From NCBI GenBank assembly GCA_963666215.2, contig CAXWPL010000002.1, forward strand, positions 640,001 to 704,000: a DNA stretch of 64,000 nt, read 5' to 3'. The translations under genes were made by a program, and so were the position numbers. Positions within the stretch are counted from its first letter, which is position 1. Every line of letters starts with the position of its first letter. This DNA is from Acidobacteriota bacterium (GTDB lineage: Bacteria; Acidobacteriota; UBA890; WLXD01). Below the pieces are notes generated by a model that was given only the letters and a program-made list of their open reading frames with translations, was not told the DNA's origin and ran no database searches. This document shows positions 53,704 to 64,000 of the stretch, piece after piece.

Positions 53704-55098
53704 TCATGCGGGCTCGCTCTGGTGCTCGCGGGCGCCGCTTGCCTGGCGCAGGGCCCGCAGCTCGGTAGAAAGCGGGGAGTGGCAGCGTGCCGCCAGCGAA
53801 TGTTCTGTCTCGCCCAGGATGCCACCCGGCACCAACTGGCGCAGCTGCGTTGGCAAGACAAGATTGCGCAGGTCGAGATCGACGTGCGTGGAGGTGAGCA
53901 CGCGCACGAAGTTGCCCGTCAGGCCGCTCCAGCGAATCCCTTCGCCGTCCCCCGCGGGCTCGGCGTGCTCCCAGAGCACCGAAGCCTCGCTGTTGATCTG
54001 CTTGGCCAGATAACCGCGCTCCAGCTCGGCACCTAGCGCGTGCATACGATTGCTGCGGTGACGCACGATCGACGGGTCGACCTGCGCCGGCATTCTCGCC
54101 GCGGCCGTCCCCTGACGCGACGAGTAGCGGAACACGTGGAGTCGCGAAAACTCCATCTCGCGTACGAAGTCCAGAGAGGTCTCGAACTCCGTCTCGGTCT
54201 CGCCAGGAAAGCCGACCATGATGTCGGTGGTGATCGACAGTCCGGGCACCGCCGAGCGCGCGTCCCGAACAAGCGCGGCAAAGTCGTCCTGCGAGGTGCG
54301 TCGAGCCATCCGAGTGAGGGTCTCGTCGCATCCGCTCTGAAGAGGCAGATGCAGGTGCGGTTGCAGACGCAGGTCGGCGAAAGAATCGAAGAACGACGGC
54401 GTCAGGTCCCAGGGCTCGAGAGAAGAAAGTCGCAGTCGCTCGATTCCGGTGTGTCGCAGCAGGCGCTGCACGAGTTGGGCGAGATCGGAATCGCCGTCAA
54501 GATCGTTGCCGTACGAGCCCAGGTGCACGCCGCTCAGCACGGCCTCCCGGTAGCCGAGCTCGACAAGCCGGCGTACGTGTTCAACCACCGCGTCGAGCGG
54601 CCTACTGCGCCCCGCACCCCGCGCCACCGTAACGATGCAGAAGGTGCAGCGGTTATCGCAACCGTCCTGCACCTTCACGAAAGCACGCGTCCGTTGTGCT
54701 GGCAGCAGAAAACCCTCGGTCGCGTCTGCAGCCGGCACCGGGTCGCCGTCGCGTAACAATCCGCGTTCTTCCAGAATGTCGGCGAGACGATCCTTCTGCA
54801 GGTTGCCGACGATGAGATCTACACCGAGCGCTGTGGTGGCCGCCTCAGGCGCCTCGAGCTCGACCAAACAACCAGTAGCCACCAGCACCGCGCCCGGCTG
54901 TTGGCGCCGAAGTTGCCGGATGAGCTTGCGTGACTTGCGTGCAGCCACGTGGGTCACGGCGCACGTATTGAGAACGCACAGGTCCACCGGCTCGCCTGCG
55001 GCAACCACGCGATGCCCACGCTTGGCGAGCGTCCAGGCCAGCTCGTCCATCTCTCCAATATTCAGCCGGCAACCGAGCGACTCCAGGCGTATCCGCAT
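53704..55098 (-). CDS. mtaB: tRNA t6A37 methylthiotransferase
   Basis: LGCRLN, LNTCAVT, ATGC, KVQDGCDNRCTFC, GVHLGSYG, RLSSLEP, HVFRYSSRQGT. Confidence 0.9.
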   Translation of the reverse strand: MRIRLESLGCRLNIGEMDELAWTLAKRGHRVVAAGEPVDLCVLNTCAVTHVAARKSRKLIRQLRRQQPGAVLVATGCLVELEAPEAATTALGVDLIVGNLQKDRLADILEERGLLRDGDPVPAADATEGFLLPAQRTRAFVKVQDGCDNRCTFCIVTVARGAGRSRPLDAVVEHVRRLVELGYREAVLSGVHLGSYGNDLDGDSDLAQLVQRLLRHTGIERLRLSSLEPWDLTPSFFDSFADLRLQPHLHLPLQSGCDETLTRMARRTSQDDFAALVRDARSAVPGLSITTDIMVGFPGETETEFETSLDFVREMEFSRLHVFRYSSRQGTAAARMPAQVDPSIVRHRSNRMHALGAELERGYLAKQINSEASVLWEHAEPAGDGEGIRWSGLTGNFVRVLTSTHVDLDLRNLVLPTQLRQLVPGGILGETEHSLAARCHSPLSTELRALRQASGAREHQSEPA

Positions 55099-55859
55099 CA
55101 GCTGGCCGGCGACCCCGCGGTCATGTCGCTGTTGCTGACCGTGTTGTCCAGGTCGACCAGCCCGCTGTAGATGGGCAACAGTGTCTTCGCCCACTTGACC
55201 AGCCGCGGGAGCAGCTCTACCGCGTCCCGTACGGACACGTTGGCGATGGGGTCGAACAGGTAGCCGACCTTCGGCCACGGATGTCCGTGGTCGTTGTTTG
55301 CGGACATGAAGGCGTTGAAGTCCCCGTCCAGGAAGTCGGCCACACGTCTGACGTTGCCACGGTCGGTCCAGATTGCTGGAAGGACCTCTTCCGGGGTGTC
55401 GTGTTCAGCGGGTCCAGCGAGCCCGCCGGGGGTGCTCTGGCGGTCGAGCGAGGAGAGGACGGCTCGGCCACGGCCGGCGTAGAAGCCGTGCACATCCGCC
55501 AGGCTCTCTCGCGAGACCCCGGCGTCGAGAAGATCCTTCTCCAGGTCGACGCAGAAATTCGCGCTCGTCGCGGAAATGAACAGTCCCATGTGAGCGGCGT
55601 AGTCGGTGCGGTCGCGCGCCTTGATGCGTCCCCACAGGAACGGATAGCCGACCCGCGGGTCCTGCGGATCGAGCCAGGGCCAGAGCTCCGTCTGAAAACT
55701 CGCCGGAGCCGGCAATGCAGCGGCCGTGGCCTCGAGCAGGCCACCGACGCGCTCCCAGAGGGCATCGAGAGCGTCTGCCGGAGCCCCGGAGGTTCCGGCG
55801 GCGAGTCGGTCGAGCAGTACGCGATCAGCCGAGGTGATCACCGGATGAACCCTCCCCAC
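55098..55859 (-). CDS. Hypothetical protein
   Basis: Stop overlaps the mtaB start; coding-like composition; start uncertain. Confidence 0.65.
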   Translation of the reverse strand: MGRVHPVITSADRVLLDRLAAGTSGAPADALDALWERVGGLLEATAAALPAPASFQTELWPWLDPQDPRVGYPFLWGRIKARDRTDYAAHMGLFISATSANFCVDLEKDLLDAGVSRESLADVHGFYAGRGRAVLSSLDRQSTPGGLAGPAEHDTPEEVLPAIWTDRGNVRRVADFLDGDFNAFMSANNDHGHPWPKVGYLFDPIANVSVRDAVELLPRLVKWAKTLLPIYSGLVDLDNTVSNSDMTAGSPAS

Positions 55860-55923
55860 AACGCGAAAGTCTGGCGGCCATTGGAAACGTCGCGCGATTC
55901 TAGCAGGCCGTCTTGTTCGATCT

Positions 55924-57276
55924 GTGCGCCCTGCAACGTCAGCCGTGGACTTCGAGGAAGAGCTGGAAATCGCCGTGCCGATGCCGTCTCACCGGTACGA
56001 GGACAAAACCGACCGCCAACTGGAGAGTGCCGTGGCAGGCCCCAGCACGCTCGCCGAACCTACGGGGCTCCGACGCGACAGCCATGTCTCGGGGCGGTCG
56101 CGCCACCTTGCTCGCTTCGTGGACATCGCAAGGCTGGCAGCCGTGATCGGCCTGGGGACCAGTCTGGCGGCCTGCGACGCATCGTCGCTCGAGGAGTGGA
56201 CGATCGAAGGCGAGGAGATCGCTTTTGTCGAGCTGGCACGCGCCCCTACCGACCAACCGGTGCAGCCCATCGCCCTGTCGCTCGATCAGCGTGGCCGAGC
56301 CTACGTGCTCGACCGCGGGAATCGCGTTGTTCGGGTGCTAGCTGTCGGGGACGATCGCCATCGAACCGAGATCGCGGTCCAGCTCGATCAAATGCGAATC
56401 GGCGCGCGGGCTCTGATCGAGCCAACGGCCATCTGGGCGTTTCCCGATGGCGAGCTCGTTGTCGGCGACGCCGTGAACGGCGGCATCTTGCGCCGATTTG
56501 GTGCCAGCGGCGCGGAAATCTCGGCGATTCCGCTGCCGGGCGTGCCCCTCGACGTCGTGGGAACAGCCGAGCGGATTTACGTGTTACTGGGCGCCGCCGA
56601 CGCCTGGCAGGCGACGCCCGAGCGCACGGTTCTTGCCTTGAGCCGCGACGGTAGCCTGCTCGACGGCTACGCCGCCGCACCAAGATCGGCCTCGACCGCA
56701 CTCGTGGGGCTCCTGGCAAGAGGTCATCTGGCACTGGCGCCGCTCGGCGGATTCGCCCTGGCGGATATGTATCTCTACAGCCGCATCCGGCTGTTCTCAC
56801 CGACCGATGGTCACCTCCACGGCGGTCTGCTCCCCGGCGCGCAGGAGATCCCGGTGCTTTACAAGGCGGAAGGCTTCGCGCCGCTCGGCCGCCGACCGGC
56901 CGTACATCGCGACGCGAGCTTGACCCGCGCTTCGATCGACCGTCTCGCCCATCCCTGCGCCGACCTGGTGTGGGATCCGCGCTCACGGCTGTTCTGGTTT
57001 CTGGGCGGCAATGTGGACCGCACCCCCGACGGCAGGTAGATCCGGGGCCGAGAGGTCTACCGATACGACGCCGAGGGTCGCTATCGGGGCAGCTTGGTGT
57101 TGCCATTCGTCGCCGTTGCGCTTGCGGCCGGCGGCGACGGAAGCCTTTGGGCGATCGACTCCGCGGGCGGGCTTCGACGTTGGCGCATTCGATCGGGGAC
57201 AGCGGAGAACCCAGGGGACTCAGCTTTGCTCTCGGCGGAAGCGCCAGACCGTCTCGCCGTGCTCGTCGCTCTGTGA
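55924..57276 (+). pseudogene. NHL/beta-propeller lipoprotein with in-frame TAG at 57037-57039
   Basis: LAACD lipobox, PIALSLDQRGRAYVLDRGNRVV; the same frame continues VYRYDAEGRYRG...DGSLWAID to TGA 57276; start uncertain. Confidence 0.65.
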
Positions 57277-57873
57277 AAACTCGAGAAGCGCTCGCTCGCC
57301 GCGATAGCTGAAGCGATAGCTGTGGATGGTGGCGGTGTCGTCGAAATTCCACCACCGTCCCTCGATCTCGAAAGCGTCGCCGCCATCGGTCCACAGACCG
57401 CGTTCACGAACTTCCGCTTCACCACGCTCGAATTTCGCCACGCCCCCATCCCAACGGTAGGTTCGAATATTGGGACGCCCGTTCTCCGGCCGGAATTCCA
57501 AGCGTATGTACCCGGGCTGCTGCTCGATGCTGTACAGGATGCGTCGATCACGCCAGACCTCGACCATCGGATCGGAGCCCGCACTGTCGAAGACCCACTC
57601 GCCCGTCAGGTCCGTCATCGGCATGTCCGAGATCCGCGGGCTCCAGTTGAGCTCGGGATTCTCGCGGCCCTCGTCTACGTTTTGGGGATCCTGTTGAGGC
57701 TGTTGACTCTGCTGAGCCGGGGTTCGCCATGAGCTCGAGTGAGAGGTCGATGAGTCCACCGCCAGCGCCCCGCGGCCCACGGCCGGCACCACCAAGCACC
57801 ACGAGTCCCAGAGTCGAGGCTCCAAGAGCACGGGCGATGCTGGCGCGCGTTGGCGCTCGAAATCGTGATCCAC
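57220..57873 (-). CDS. Hypothetical protein (DLTGEW lipocalin-like start)
   Basis: Directly downstream of the M14 peptidase; TDLTGEWVFDSAGSD; true start uncertain. Confidence 0.6.
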   Translation of the reverse strand: MDHDFERQRAPASPVLLEPRLWDSWCLVVPAVGRGALAVDSSTSHSSSWRTPAQQSQQPQQDPQNVDEGRENPELNWSPRISDMPMTDLTGEWVFDSAGSDPMVEVWRDRRILYSIEQQPGYIRLEFRPENGRPNIRTYRWDGGVAKFERGEAEVRERGLWTDGGDAFEIEGRWWNFDDTATIHSYRFSYRGERALLEFSQSDEHGETVWRFRREQS

Positions 57874-60558
57874 TCAAGGCAGCGAAACCGCCTCCGCGGC
57901 TCCGTAGAAGATGCTGTTGAACAGCAGCTTGAATGTCTCGTGCGGCTGGGCTCGGAAATGCGTGCGGAAGCCGAGCATGATGATACGGCCGCTACCCATC
58001 GGCACTTCGACGGCCGCGCCGAGACCGCGCAGGTGTTCCTCGCCGAGAATCCAGCCGCTCTCGAGCAGGTCGCCCTCGGCGTACGAGGCGATCACACGAA
58101 CCGGCGATTCGCCGTCGCCCACGTCGGTGCGGGATGACTCGCCGACGCCGTCCTTCGCGACAACCTCGTAGCCACTGCTCCGCACGAATACTGCCGTCGC
58201 CTCGCTGGGCATGCCGAAGGCAACCGGGTGGGTGTTGTCGACATTGATGCGAAGAAGCGACCCCGGGCAGTAGAACTCCTCACGCTCGAGCGCGGAGATC
58301 GGGTTGCTAACCGGTACCCCCAGTCGATCGATGGCCAGCGCCCCGGCAGCGTCGAACGTCACCAAGGTGCCACCGGCCTCGACAAACCTGCGCAGGGCCG
58401 TAATGCCGGCATCGCCCAGGCCACCGGTGTAAGCTGCGGGCATGTTGCCGGGCCGTTGGCCGTCGATCAGCGCCTCTGCGCCGGCCGAGGGCAGCAGAAT
58501 CACGTCGTACGCATCGTTGAGCTTTCCCTTGCGAACCTGCGGATCACGCAACACGTCGTAGCCAAAGCCGTGCCCCTCGAGCACGAAGCGGGTCCAACCG
58601 GCGTCCATGCTCGCCACCCAGGGCTCATAAAGTCCCACGCGTGGAGCTCGCAGCAGCCACCCCTCGCCGCGCGGACGGCGTGCGATGGAACGGATCACGA
58701 GCCCGTTGTCCTCGGCCAGCTGCGCGAGTCGTGCCGCCACACCTGGTCCGTCCGGCACGATCAGCGCGCCGGGTCCAAGCCGTACTCCTCCCGCATCGAC
58801 CGGAGCGCTCGACCTGTACACCTCGTGCCCGGCGGCAAGCAACTCGTTGACCGCACGCGCCGAGGCATTCGAGCGCGGATCGAGCACGTAGGTGCTCCCC
58901 TGCCCCTCGAGTCGTCCCGGAACAGTCACGGGGACGTCGATCCTTTCCATGCTGGCCTCGAAAGGCGCAACGATCCGATCCACGTCGACACCCATCTGGA
59001 AGGGCAGCGTCCAGCCGGCGATGTCGTACGGCGGGTCGGGAGGGCCGTCCGGGTAGAGCCGGCGATCGGGATAGTTCTGCGGTTCGAGCAGGTCGGCAGC
59101 GTAGCTCGCGAACGCCTGCGCCGCAGGAACCACAAAGCTGCCGGCAGGATAGGCGCTGCCGTCGGCTTCGAACGGAGCGTCGGCAACGTTCACCTCAACT
59201 CCGCCGCGCCGCAGCACGTTCACCAACTCCACCGCACTGCCCGCATCGTGCTGCTCGGGGCCGATCACCCAAGCAGCCGGGCTCCCCGTGGCGCCACGGC
59301 GAACCGCGTCGCGGCCCATGCGATAGATGTTGAGGAGCCAGTCTTCGCGGTATCGCGAGCCCACGTCGATGGTGGCGAACGATGCGGTGAGCATGTACTC
59401 CACCGCGTCGCGCAGGCGCCACCAGCCACCGGGCCACGGCATCGGGTAGTTGATCGAAGGGTCGCGTGTCGAAGCGCCGTCACGAAAGCTGTCGGGCAGG
59501 CTGTTCGGTGGGTAGAAGTTCGGCGTGGCGTAGCGGAAAAGCGCGGTCTCCGTGAGGATCCCCACCATGTTGTGGAAGTAGGGAGCGGTTCGCATTCCAC
59601 CGTTCCACCAGGCGGTAAATCCGAGCCGCGACACCGCGCCGGCCTTGCCCTCCGACTCGAGGCGAGTGGTGATCGCGTTGCCGACGCGGGCAATGCCGCG
59701 CAGCACCAGCGGTGGGATGTTCGGATTGCTCGGGTCGGCGAACGGCGGCACGAAGATCCGCGCCGGAAACGGAGCGGTTTGGTGGTGGTTGTAGACGATC
59801 TGGGGATACCAAACCTCGTAAAGCTGCTTCGCAACGGCCTGCGTCTCGGGCTGCGTGATCATGTACCAGTCGCGGTTGTTGTCGTGCCCCGAGTACTTCT
59901 GATAGAGGACCGGCAAACCCGCCGTTTCGAAAGGCGTCCCGAGGTTCTGGTTGTACCAATCGACGACGATGTTGAGACCGTCCGGGTTCATGTTCGGCAT
60001 CAGCACGACGATGACGTCTCGCAGCATGCGCTGGAGCTCGTCGCTATGTCCCGCGGCGAGCATGTAGGCGAGCTCGGGAGCGTGCTGGCCGTGCGCCACC
60101 TCTGTGGCGTGCAGACCCGAGTCGATCCAGACGATCGCTTTACCTTCGACCGCCAGCGCCTGTGCGTCGGCGTCGCTCAGATCGCGGGCACGGGCAAGCC
60201 GTTCGGAGATCGAGCGGTAGCGTTCGGCGTCGCGAAGGTTCGCGGGGTCGGAAATGAGAGCGACCACCAGCGGTTGGCCTTCCGCCGAGACGCCAATGTC
60301 ACGAAGCTCGATTCGATCGGATGCGGCGTCGAGCTGGCGTAAGTAGTCGAGGATCGTCGGCCAGTCAGCGAGCCTGAAATCCGCACCCGGGTAAAACCCG
60401 AGAACTGATTCGGGCTTGGGGATCGCGGGGTCGAACGGACCACGCGCGGAGCGTAGCGCGTCGATATCCGGTGCTCCCTGCGCGGCGCCTGCCGAGAGCG
60501 GAGCGGTTGCCAGTGCGACGCACGAGAGCAGAACAAGCACAACACCACGACGGATCAT
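57874..60558 (-). CDS. M14 family zinc carboxypeptidase, secreted
   Basis: GLHATE, NPDG, HDNNRD, YNHHQ, ILTET, PYDIAGWTLP. Confidence 0.92.
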   Translation of the reverse strand: MIRRGVVLVLLSCVALATAPLSAGAAQGAPDIDALRSARGPFDPAIPKPESVLGFYPGADFRLADWPTILDYLRQLDAASDRIELRDIGVSAEGQPLVVALISDPANLRDAERYRSISERLARARDLSDADAQALAVEGKAIVWIDSGLHATEVAHGQHAPELAYMLAAGHSDELQRMLRDVIVVLMPNMNPDGLNIVVDWYNQNLGTPFETAGLPVLYQKYSGHDNNRDWYMITQPETQAVAKQLYEVWYPQIVYNHHQTAPFPARIFVPPFADPSNPNIPPLVLRGIARVGNAITTRLESEGKAGAVSRLGFTAWWNGGMRTAPYFHNMVGILTETALFRYATPNFYPPNSLPDSFRDGASTRDPSINYPMPWPGGWWRLRDAVEYMLTASFATIDVGSRYREDWLLNIYRMGRDAVRRGATGSPAAWVIGPEQHDAGSAVELVNVLRRGGVEVNVADAPFEADGSAYPAGSFVVPAAQAFASYAADLLEPQNYPDRRLYPDGPPDPPYDIAGWTLPFQMGVDVDRIVAPFEASMERIDVPVTVPGRLEGQGSTYVLDPRSNASARAVNELLAAGHEVYRSSAPVDAGGVRLGPGALIVPDGPGVAARLAQLAEDNGLVIRSIARRPRGEGWLLRAPRVGLYEPWVASMDAGWTRFVLEGHGFGYDVLRDPQVRKGKLNDAYDVILLPSAGAEALIDGQRPGNMPAAYTGGLGDAGITALRRFVEAGGTLVTFDAAGALAIDRLGVPVSNPISALEREEFYCPGSLLRINVDNTHPVAFGMPSEATAVFVRSSGYEVVAKDGVGESSRTDVGDGESPVRVIASYAEGDLLESGWILGEEHLRGLGAAVEVPMGSGRIIMLGFRTHFRAQPHETFKLLFNSIFYGAAEAVSLP

Positions 60559-60758
60559 CGACTTCCTCGGTTCAGACTGCAGAGTGACCCTACGGAGCCA
60601 CGCTCGCACTCCGGGCGCGCCCCGAGGAGCCGTAACTCTGCGGGTCTCGGAGCGGATCTCGCGATGGAGATGGCGCCGTAAGAGCGGAAGGGCTAGCGGG
60701 CAGCGGAATGCCCCGGGGATGCGAGGCGTATCGCCCGTATCGGGCAAACCGGAAACAA

Positions 60759-60830
60759 AGGCGGCGGGCGGGATCGAACCGCCGAATCGCGGTTTTGCAG
60801 ACCGCTGCCTTACCACTTGGCTACGCCGCC
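60759..60830 (-). tRNA. tRNA-Cys (GCA)
   Basis: ggcggcgtagccaagtggtaaggcagcggtctgcaaaaccgcgattcggcggttcgatcccgcccgccgcct. Confidence 0.96.
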
Positions 60831-60962
60831 GAGAGTTGGGTGCTGTGCGCGGCGATCGGCGCAGTGGCTGCCGACCGGCGAAGAAGGGTTCACGGCGCGC
60901 GTGGAAAGACGTTGAGTTCTCGCTGTCGCTCTCGACTTCAACGGCGCCCGAGGCAAAATGAA

Positions 60963-61038
60963 TGGAGCGGGAAACGGGATTCGAACCCGCGACCTCAACG
61001 TTGGCAACGTTGCGCTCTACCAGCTGAGCTATTCCCGC
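60963..61038 (-). tRNA. tRNA-Gly (GCC)
   Basis: gcgggaatagctcagctggtagagcgcaacgttgccaacgttgaggtcgcgggttcgaatcccgtttcccgctcca. Confidence 0.98.
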
Positions 61039-61124
61039 CCCTGAGGGGGCTAGCATATTCGTGACAGCGAGGATGAGGCAAGCTCCGTAAGGTTTGGCGG
61101 GCGCGGCGAAGGGGTTCGGTTCCA

Positions 61125-62099
61125 ATGGATACGGACGACGTGGCGGAGTTCGTGGAACTCGCGGACAGGGTCGAGGTGGCGGAAGACGCCGCTCGGCCTC
61201 TGTTCGTCACATCGCCCGCCTACGCGGTTGATATCGGCTCTCATGTGTTCCCCACCAGCAAGTACGCGCGCATTGCCGAGCGGCTCATCACGGAGACCGC
61301 CACAACAAGAGCTGACTTCGTTGCGCCCGATCGCGCCGACCCTTCCACGGTTCTGCGGGTACACGATCGCGTCTACTACGAGCACTGTCGCGACGATCGT
61401 CTGAGCGCACACGACATCGCACGACTCGAGCTTCCCTGGTCTGCGGCATTGTTCGATGCGTCGATGCGTTGCGTGCAGGGCAGCGTTCTGGCGGCGAAGC
61501 TGGCGCTGCAGCACGGCGCCGGCCTGCATATCGGCGGTGGCTTTCACCATGCCTATCCCGACCATGGCGAAGGATTCTGTGTGTTCAACGACCATGCCTG
61601 CGCGATCCGCGCTCTGCAGGCCGACGGCCTCATCGAGCGTGCGGCGGTTGTCGACTGCGACCTGCACCAGGGGAACGGCACCGCGGCGATTTTCCAAAGA
61701 GACTCGACTGTCGAGACGTTCTCGATTCATGAGCAGAGCATCTACCCGTTCGACCGACCACCGAGTACGTTAGATATCGGGCTGGCGGCGGGCACAGGCG
61801 ACGCCGAATACCTCGACCTGCTCGGCAACAGCGTGCCCGGATTTCTACAGAACGCCCGTCCGCAGCTCGTCGTTTACGTCGCCGGCGCCGACCCGTTCGA
61901 GCAGGATCAGCTCGGCTCGCTACGCCTCACCCACGAGGGCCTGCGGCGCCGCGACGAGCTCGTTATCGGCGCCTGCGCGGAGCTTGATCTGCCGCTGGTC
62001 GTCGTGCTGGCGGGTGGCTACGCGCGACGGGTCGAAGATACCGTGGCGATTCACGTCGAGACTCTTCGGATTGCGAGCAAGCTCTGGCGCTGCCGCTAG
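61125..62099 (+). CDS. Histone deacetylase family protein
   Basis: HVFPTSKY, GGGFHHA, GEGFCVFND, DCDLHQGNGT, AGADP..DQLG, LAGGY. Confidence 0.95.
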   Translation: MDTDDVAEFVELADRVEVAEDAARPLFVTSPAYAVDIGSHVFPTSKYARIAERLITETATTRADFVAPDRADPSTVLRVHDRVYYEHCRDDRLSAHDIARLELPWSAALFDASMRCVQGSVLAAKLALQHGAGLHIGGGFHHAYPDHGEGFCVFNDHACAIRALQADGLIERAAVVDCDLHQGNGTAAIFQRDSTVETFSIHEQSIYPFDRPPSTLDIGLAAGTGDAEYLDLLGNSVPGFLQNARPQLVVYVAGADPFEQDQLGSLRLTHEGLRRRDELVIGACAELDLPLVVVLAGGYARRVEDTVAIHVETLRIASKLWRCR

Positions 62100-62473
62100 G
62101 GCCGAAACGCGTCGCGTAGCCACTCGATGCGAGCCTGGCCGTTCGCCACGACCACACCCACAACGTCGAAACGACAGCGTCGACCGCACAGTTCGTGCTC
62201 GCGCAGGAAGCGGCGCGCGGTTCTGGCCAGCCGCCGCTGCTTCCTGGCGCCAACCGCCTCGATGGGGTCGCCGTACCGCGTACTGTGGCGCGCCTTGACC
62301 TCGACGAAGACGACGTCATCGCCATCACGGACCACGAGATCGATCTCCCCACCCGGACGGGCGTAGCGGCGGGCCAGCAGCTCGCAGTCGTGCTCGAGCA
62401 GGTGAGCTTCGACCAGCGATTCAATGGCGCGCCCGAAGCGATGACGCCAACCTCGACGTCGGCTCGTGTCCAT
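62096..62473 (-). CDS. YraN family protein
   Basis: GEIDLV...VFVEVKAR...CRFDVV. Confidence 0.92.
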   Translation of the reverse strand: MDTSRRRGWRHRFGRAIESLVEAHLLEHDCELLARRYARPGGEIDLVVRDGDDVVFVEVKARHSTRYGDPIEAVGARKQRRLARTARRFLREHELCGRRCRFDVVGVVVANGQARIEWLRDAFRP

Positions 62474-62542
62474 ACCCTTGTTGGACGGACATCGAAGCTC
62501 GAGGCTCCTCCAGAGGTCTCGTTGAGTCGACGCCTCGATCTA

Positions 62543-64000
62543 CTACAAGCGCCTCCAGCGCGGCCCCTGAGGCGTGTCCTCGACCTCGATCGCGGCGGCC
62601 GTCAACTCGTCGCGTAGCCGGTCGGCGTTCTCGAAGTCCCGCGCCGCACGTGCTTGCGTGCGCTCGACGATCTTGTCGAGCAGCGCCGGTTCCAACCGCG
62701 GCCCAGTGCCGACCAGGAGTCTCCCGTCGACCTGAAGCTCGATGCGCGCCAACTCGTCGTCTTGCGGCAGGATTGCCCACAGCTTGTCGACATCGCGAAG
62801 CCAAGCGAGAGCCGCCGCGACGGCCTGGCTCGTTTCGCCGCTCGCCTGGCCAGGGGCGAACGTGTCCAGCGTGCTGTTGAGCTCGCGGATCAGCGTGAAG
62901 ACCTGTCCGAGCGCGCCGGCGCTGTTCAGATCGTCGTCTATGGCGGCGCGAAACCCTGCCGTTGCCGATTCGATCGCGGCGCGCAGTCCGTTCTCACGGC
63001 TGCCGGGCTCGCCACCGCGATTGTCATCGGGTGTCGCGGCGCTTTGCGTTGCCGCGCTGTCGCCATCTCCCGTTCTATCGAGCTCCGACAGCGCCTGTTC
63101 GGCGCGCTGCACCGTGTCGCGTATTCGGGCGACGGCGGCCTTGGCCTGCTCGAGTGCCTCGAACGTGAAATTGAGCTGGCGGCGGTAGTGAACCGACGCT
63201 AGCAGATACCGGATGGCAACCGGGTCGTGCCCGGCGTCGATGAGGTCGGTCAGGGTGTGGAAGTTACCCAGGGACTTGCTCATCTTGGTGCCATCGACGA
63301 GCAGGTGGCTGCAGTGCAGCCAGGTGCGAACGAACGGCTCTCCGGTGGCTGCTTCGCTTTGCGCGATCTCGTTCTCGTGGTGCGGAAAGATCAGGTCCAC
63401 TCCGCCGAGGTGGATGTCGAAGGTGTTTCCGAGATATTTCATGCTCATCGCGGAGCATTCGAGGTGCCAGCCCGGTCGACCGGCACCGATGGCAGTATCC
63501 CAGGACGGTTCGTCGTCGCGAGCCGCTTTCCAAAGCACGAAGTCGCGTGCCTGCTCCTTGTCGTATTCGTCCTGCTCGATGCGCTCGGTCGCCCGCATTT
63601 GATCGGGGTCCAGACGCGCCAGGCTGCCGTAGCGTTCAAACGAATCCACGCGAAAGTAAATCGAGCCGTCGCGCTCGTACGCGTGCCCCTTGTCGAGCAG
63701 CTTCTGCACGAGAAGCACCATGTCTTTGATGTGCTGCGTGGCGCGTGGATACTCGTCGGCCGGCGCGATTCGCAGCGCTTCGAGACCGGCAAAGAAGGCT
63801 GCGGCGTATTCCTCCGTGTGTTCCTGGAGGGTTCGCCCGGTCTTGCGCGCACCGGCGATTGTCTTGTCGTCAATGTCCGTCAGGTTGAGGACGAGCTTGA
63901 CGTCGTAGCCGCGCCATTCGAGCGACCGACGCAGCAGGTCGACCCACACGAAGAAGCGGTAGTTGCCGATATGCGCGTGGTCGTAGAGAGTCGGCCCACA
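62543..64000 (-). CDS. cysS: Cysteine--tRNA ligase (5' end outside the window)
   Basis: CGPTLYDHAHIGN, DFVLWK, GRPGWHLECSAM, DLIFPHHENEIAQ, KMSKSLGN. Confidence 0.98.
   Translation of the reverse strand, partial: CGPTLYDHAHIGNYRFFVWVDLLRRSLEWRGYDVKLVLNLTDIDDKTIAGARKTGRTLQEHTEEYAAAFFAGLEALRIAPADEYPRATQHIKDMVLLVQKLLDKGHAYERDGSIYFRVDSFERYGSLARLDPDQMRATERIEQDEYDKEQARDFVLWKAARDDEPSWDTAIGAGRPGWHLECSAMSMKYLGNTFDIHLGGVDLIFPHHENEIAQSEAATGEPFVRTWLHCSHLLVDGTKMSKSLGNFHTLTDLIDAGHDPVAIRYLLASVHYRRQLNFTFEALEQAKAAVARIRDTVQRAEQALSELDRTGDGDSAATQSAATPDDNRGGEPGSRENGLRAAIESATAGFRAAIDDDLNSAGALGQVFTLIRELNSTLDTFAPGQASGETSQAVAAALAWLRDVDKLWAILPQDDELARIELQVDGRLLVGTGPRLEPALLDKIVERTQARAARDFENADRLRDELTAAAIEVEDTPQGPRWRRL

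Noticed and set aside
58228-60342. Long antisense ORFs (also 406-1626, 3512-4576, 11510-12910, 31780-33444, 52112-53410)
   Set aside because: Shadows of real genes caused by high-GC codon bias; no motifs.

Overview
GC-rich bacterial chromosome segment. The PadR plus duplicated-permease (ADOP-type) pair and the general gene content suggest Acidobacteriota or a similar lineage (inference). The housekeeping backbone includes ALDH/enoyl-CoA hydratase/thiolase, dgt, an Ala/Gly symporter, trpS, an acyl-CoA synthetase-ACP-acyltransferase fusion, metH, mtaB, M49 and M14 peptidases, tRNA-Cys, tRNA-Gly and cysS. Two accessory blocks interrupt it. (1) A ~16.4 kb integrated element (20580-37003) sits in tRNA-Leu(TAA) and duplicates the 5' half of the tRNA plus its -10 box. 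It encodes a tyrosine integrase, an excisionase, a DUF1376-type initiator with internal 11-bp-phased repeats, a DnaC-like loader, a Cro-like HTH, a split CGNR-type protein and a small-terminase-like protein, but no capsid or tail genes, so it looks like a phage satellite. Its cargo includes an HNH nuclease, an 18-aa repeat protein, four GntR copies or remnants, a UGA-recoded CUAEP-tail radical SAM selenoprotein with a SECIS-like hairpin, IS256 and IS3. (2) An IS1595-family element carries a DNA methyltransferase-nuclease fusion, and its 111-bp right end recurs inverted on the far side of a TonB-dependent receptor gene. Two candidate structured small RNAs, one with C-rich and one with G-rich loops, flank trpS. 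Several genes carry single lesions, which could be erosion or sequencing error. All family calls come from motif recognition; no database search was run.
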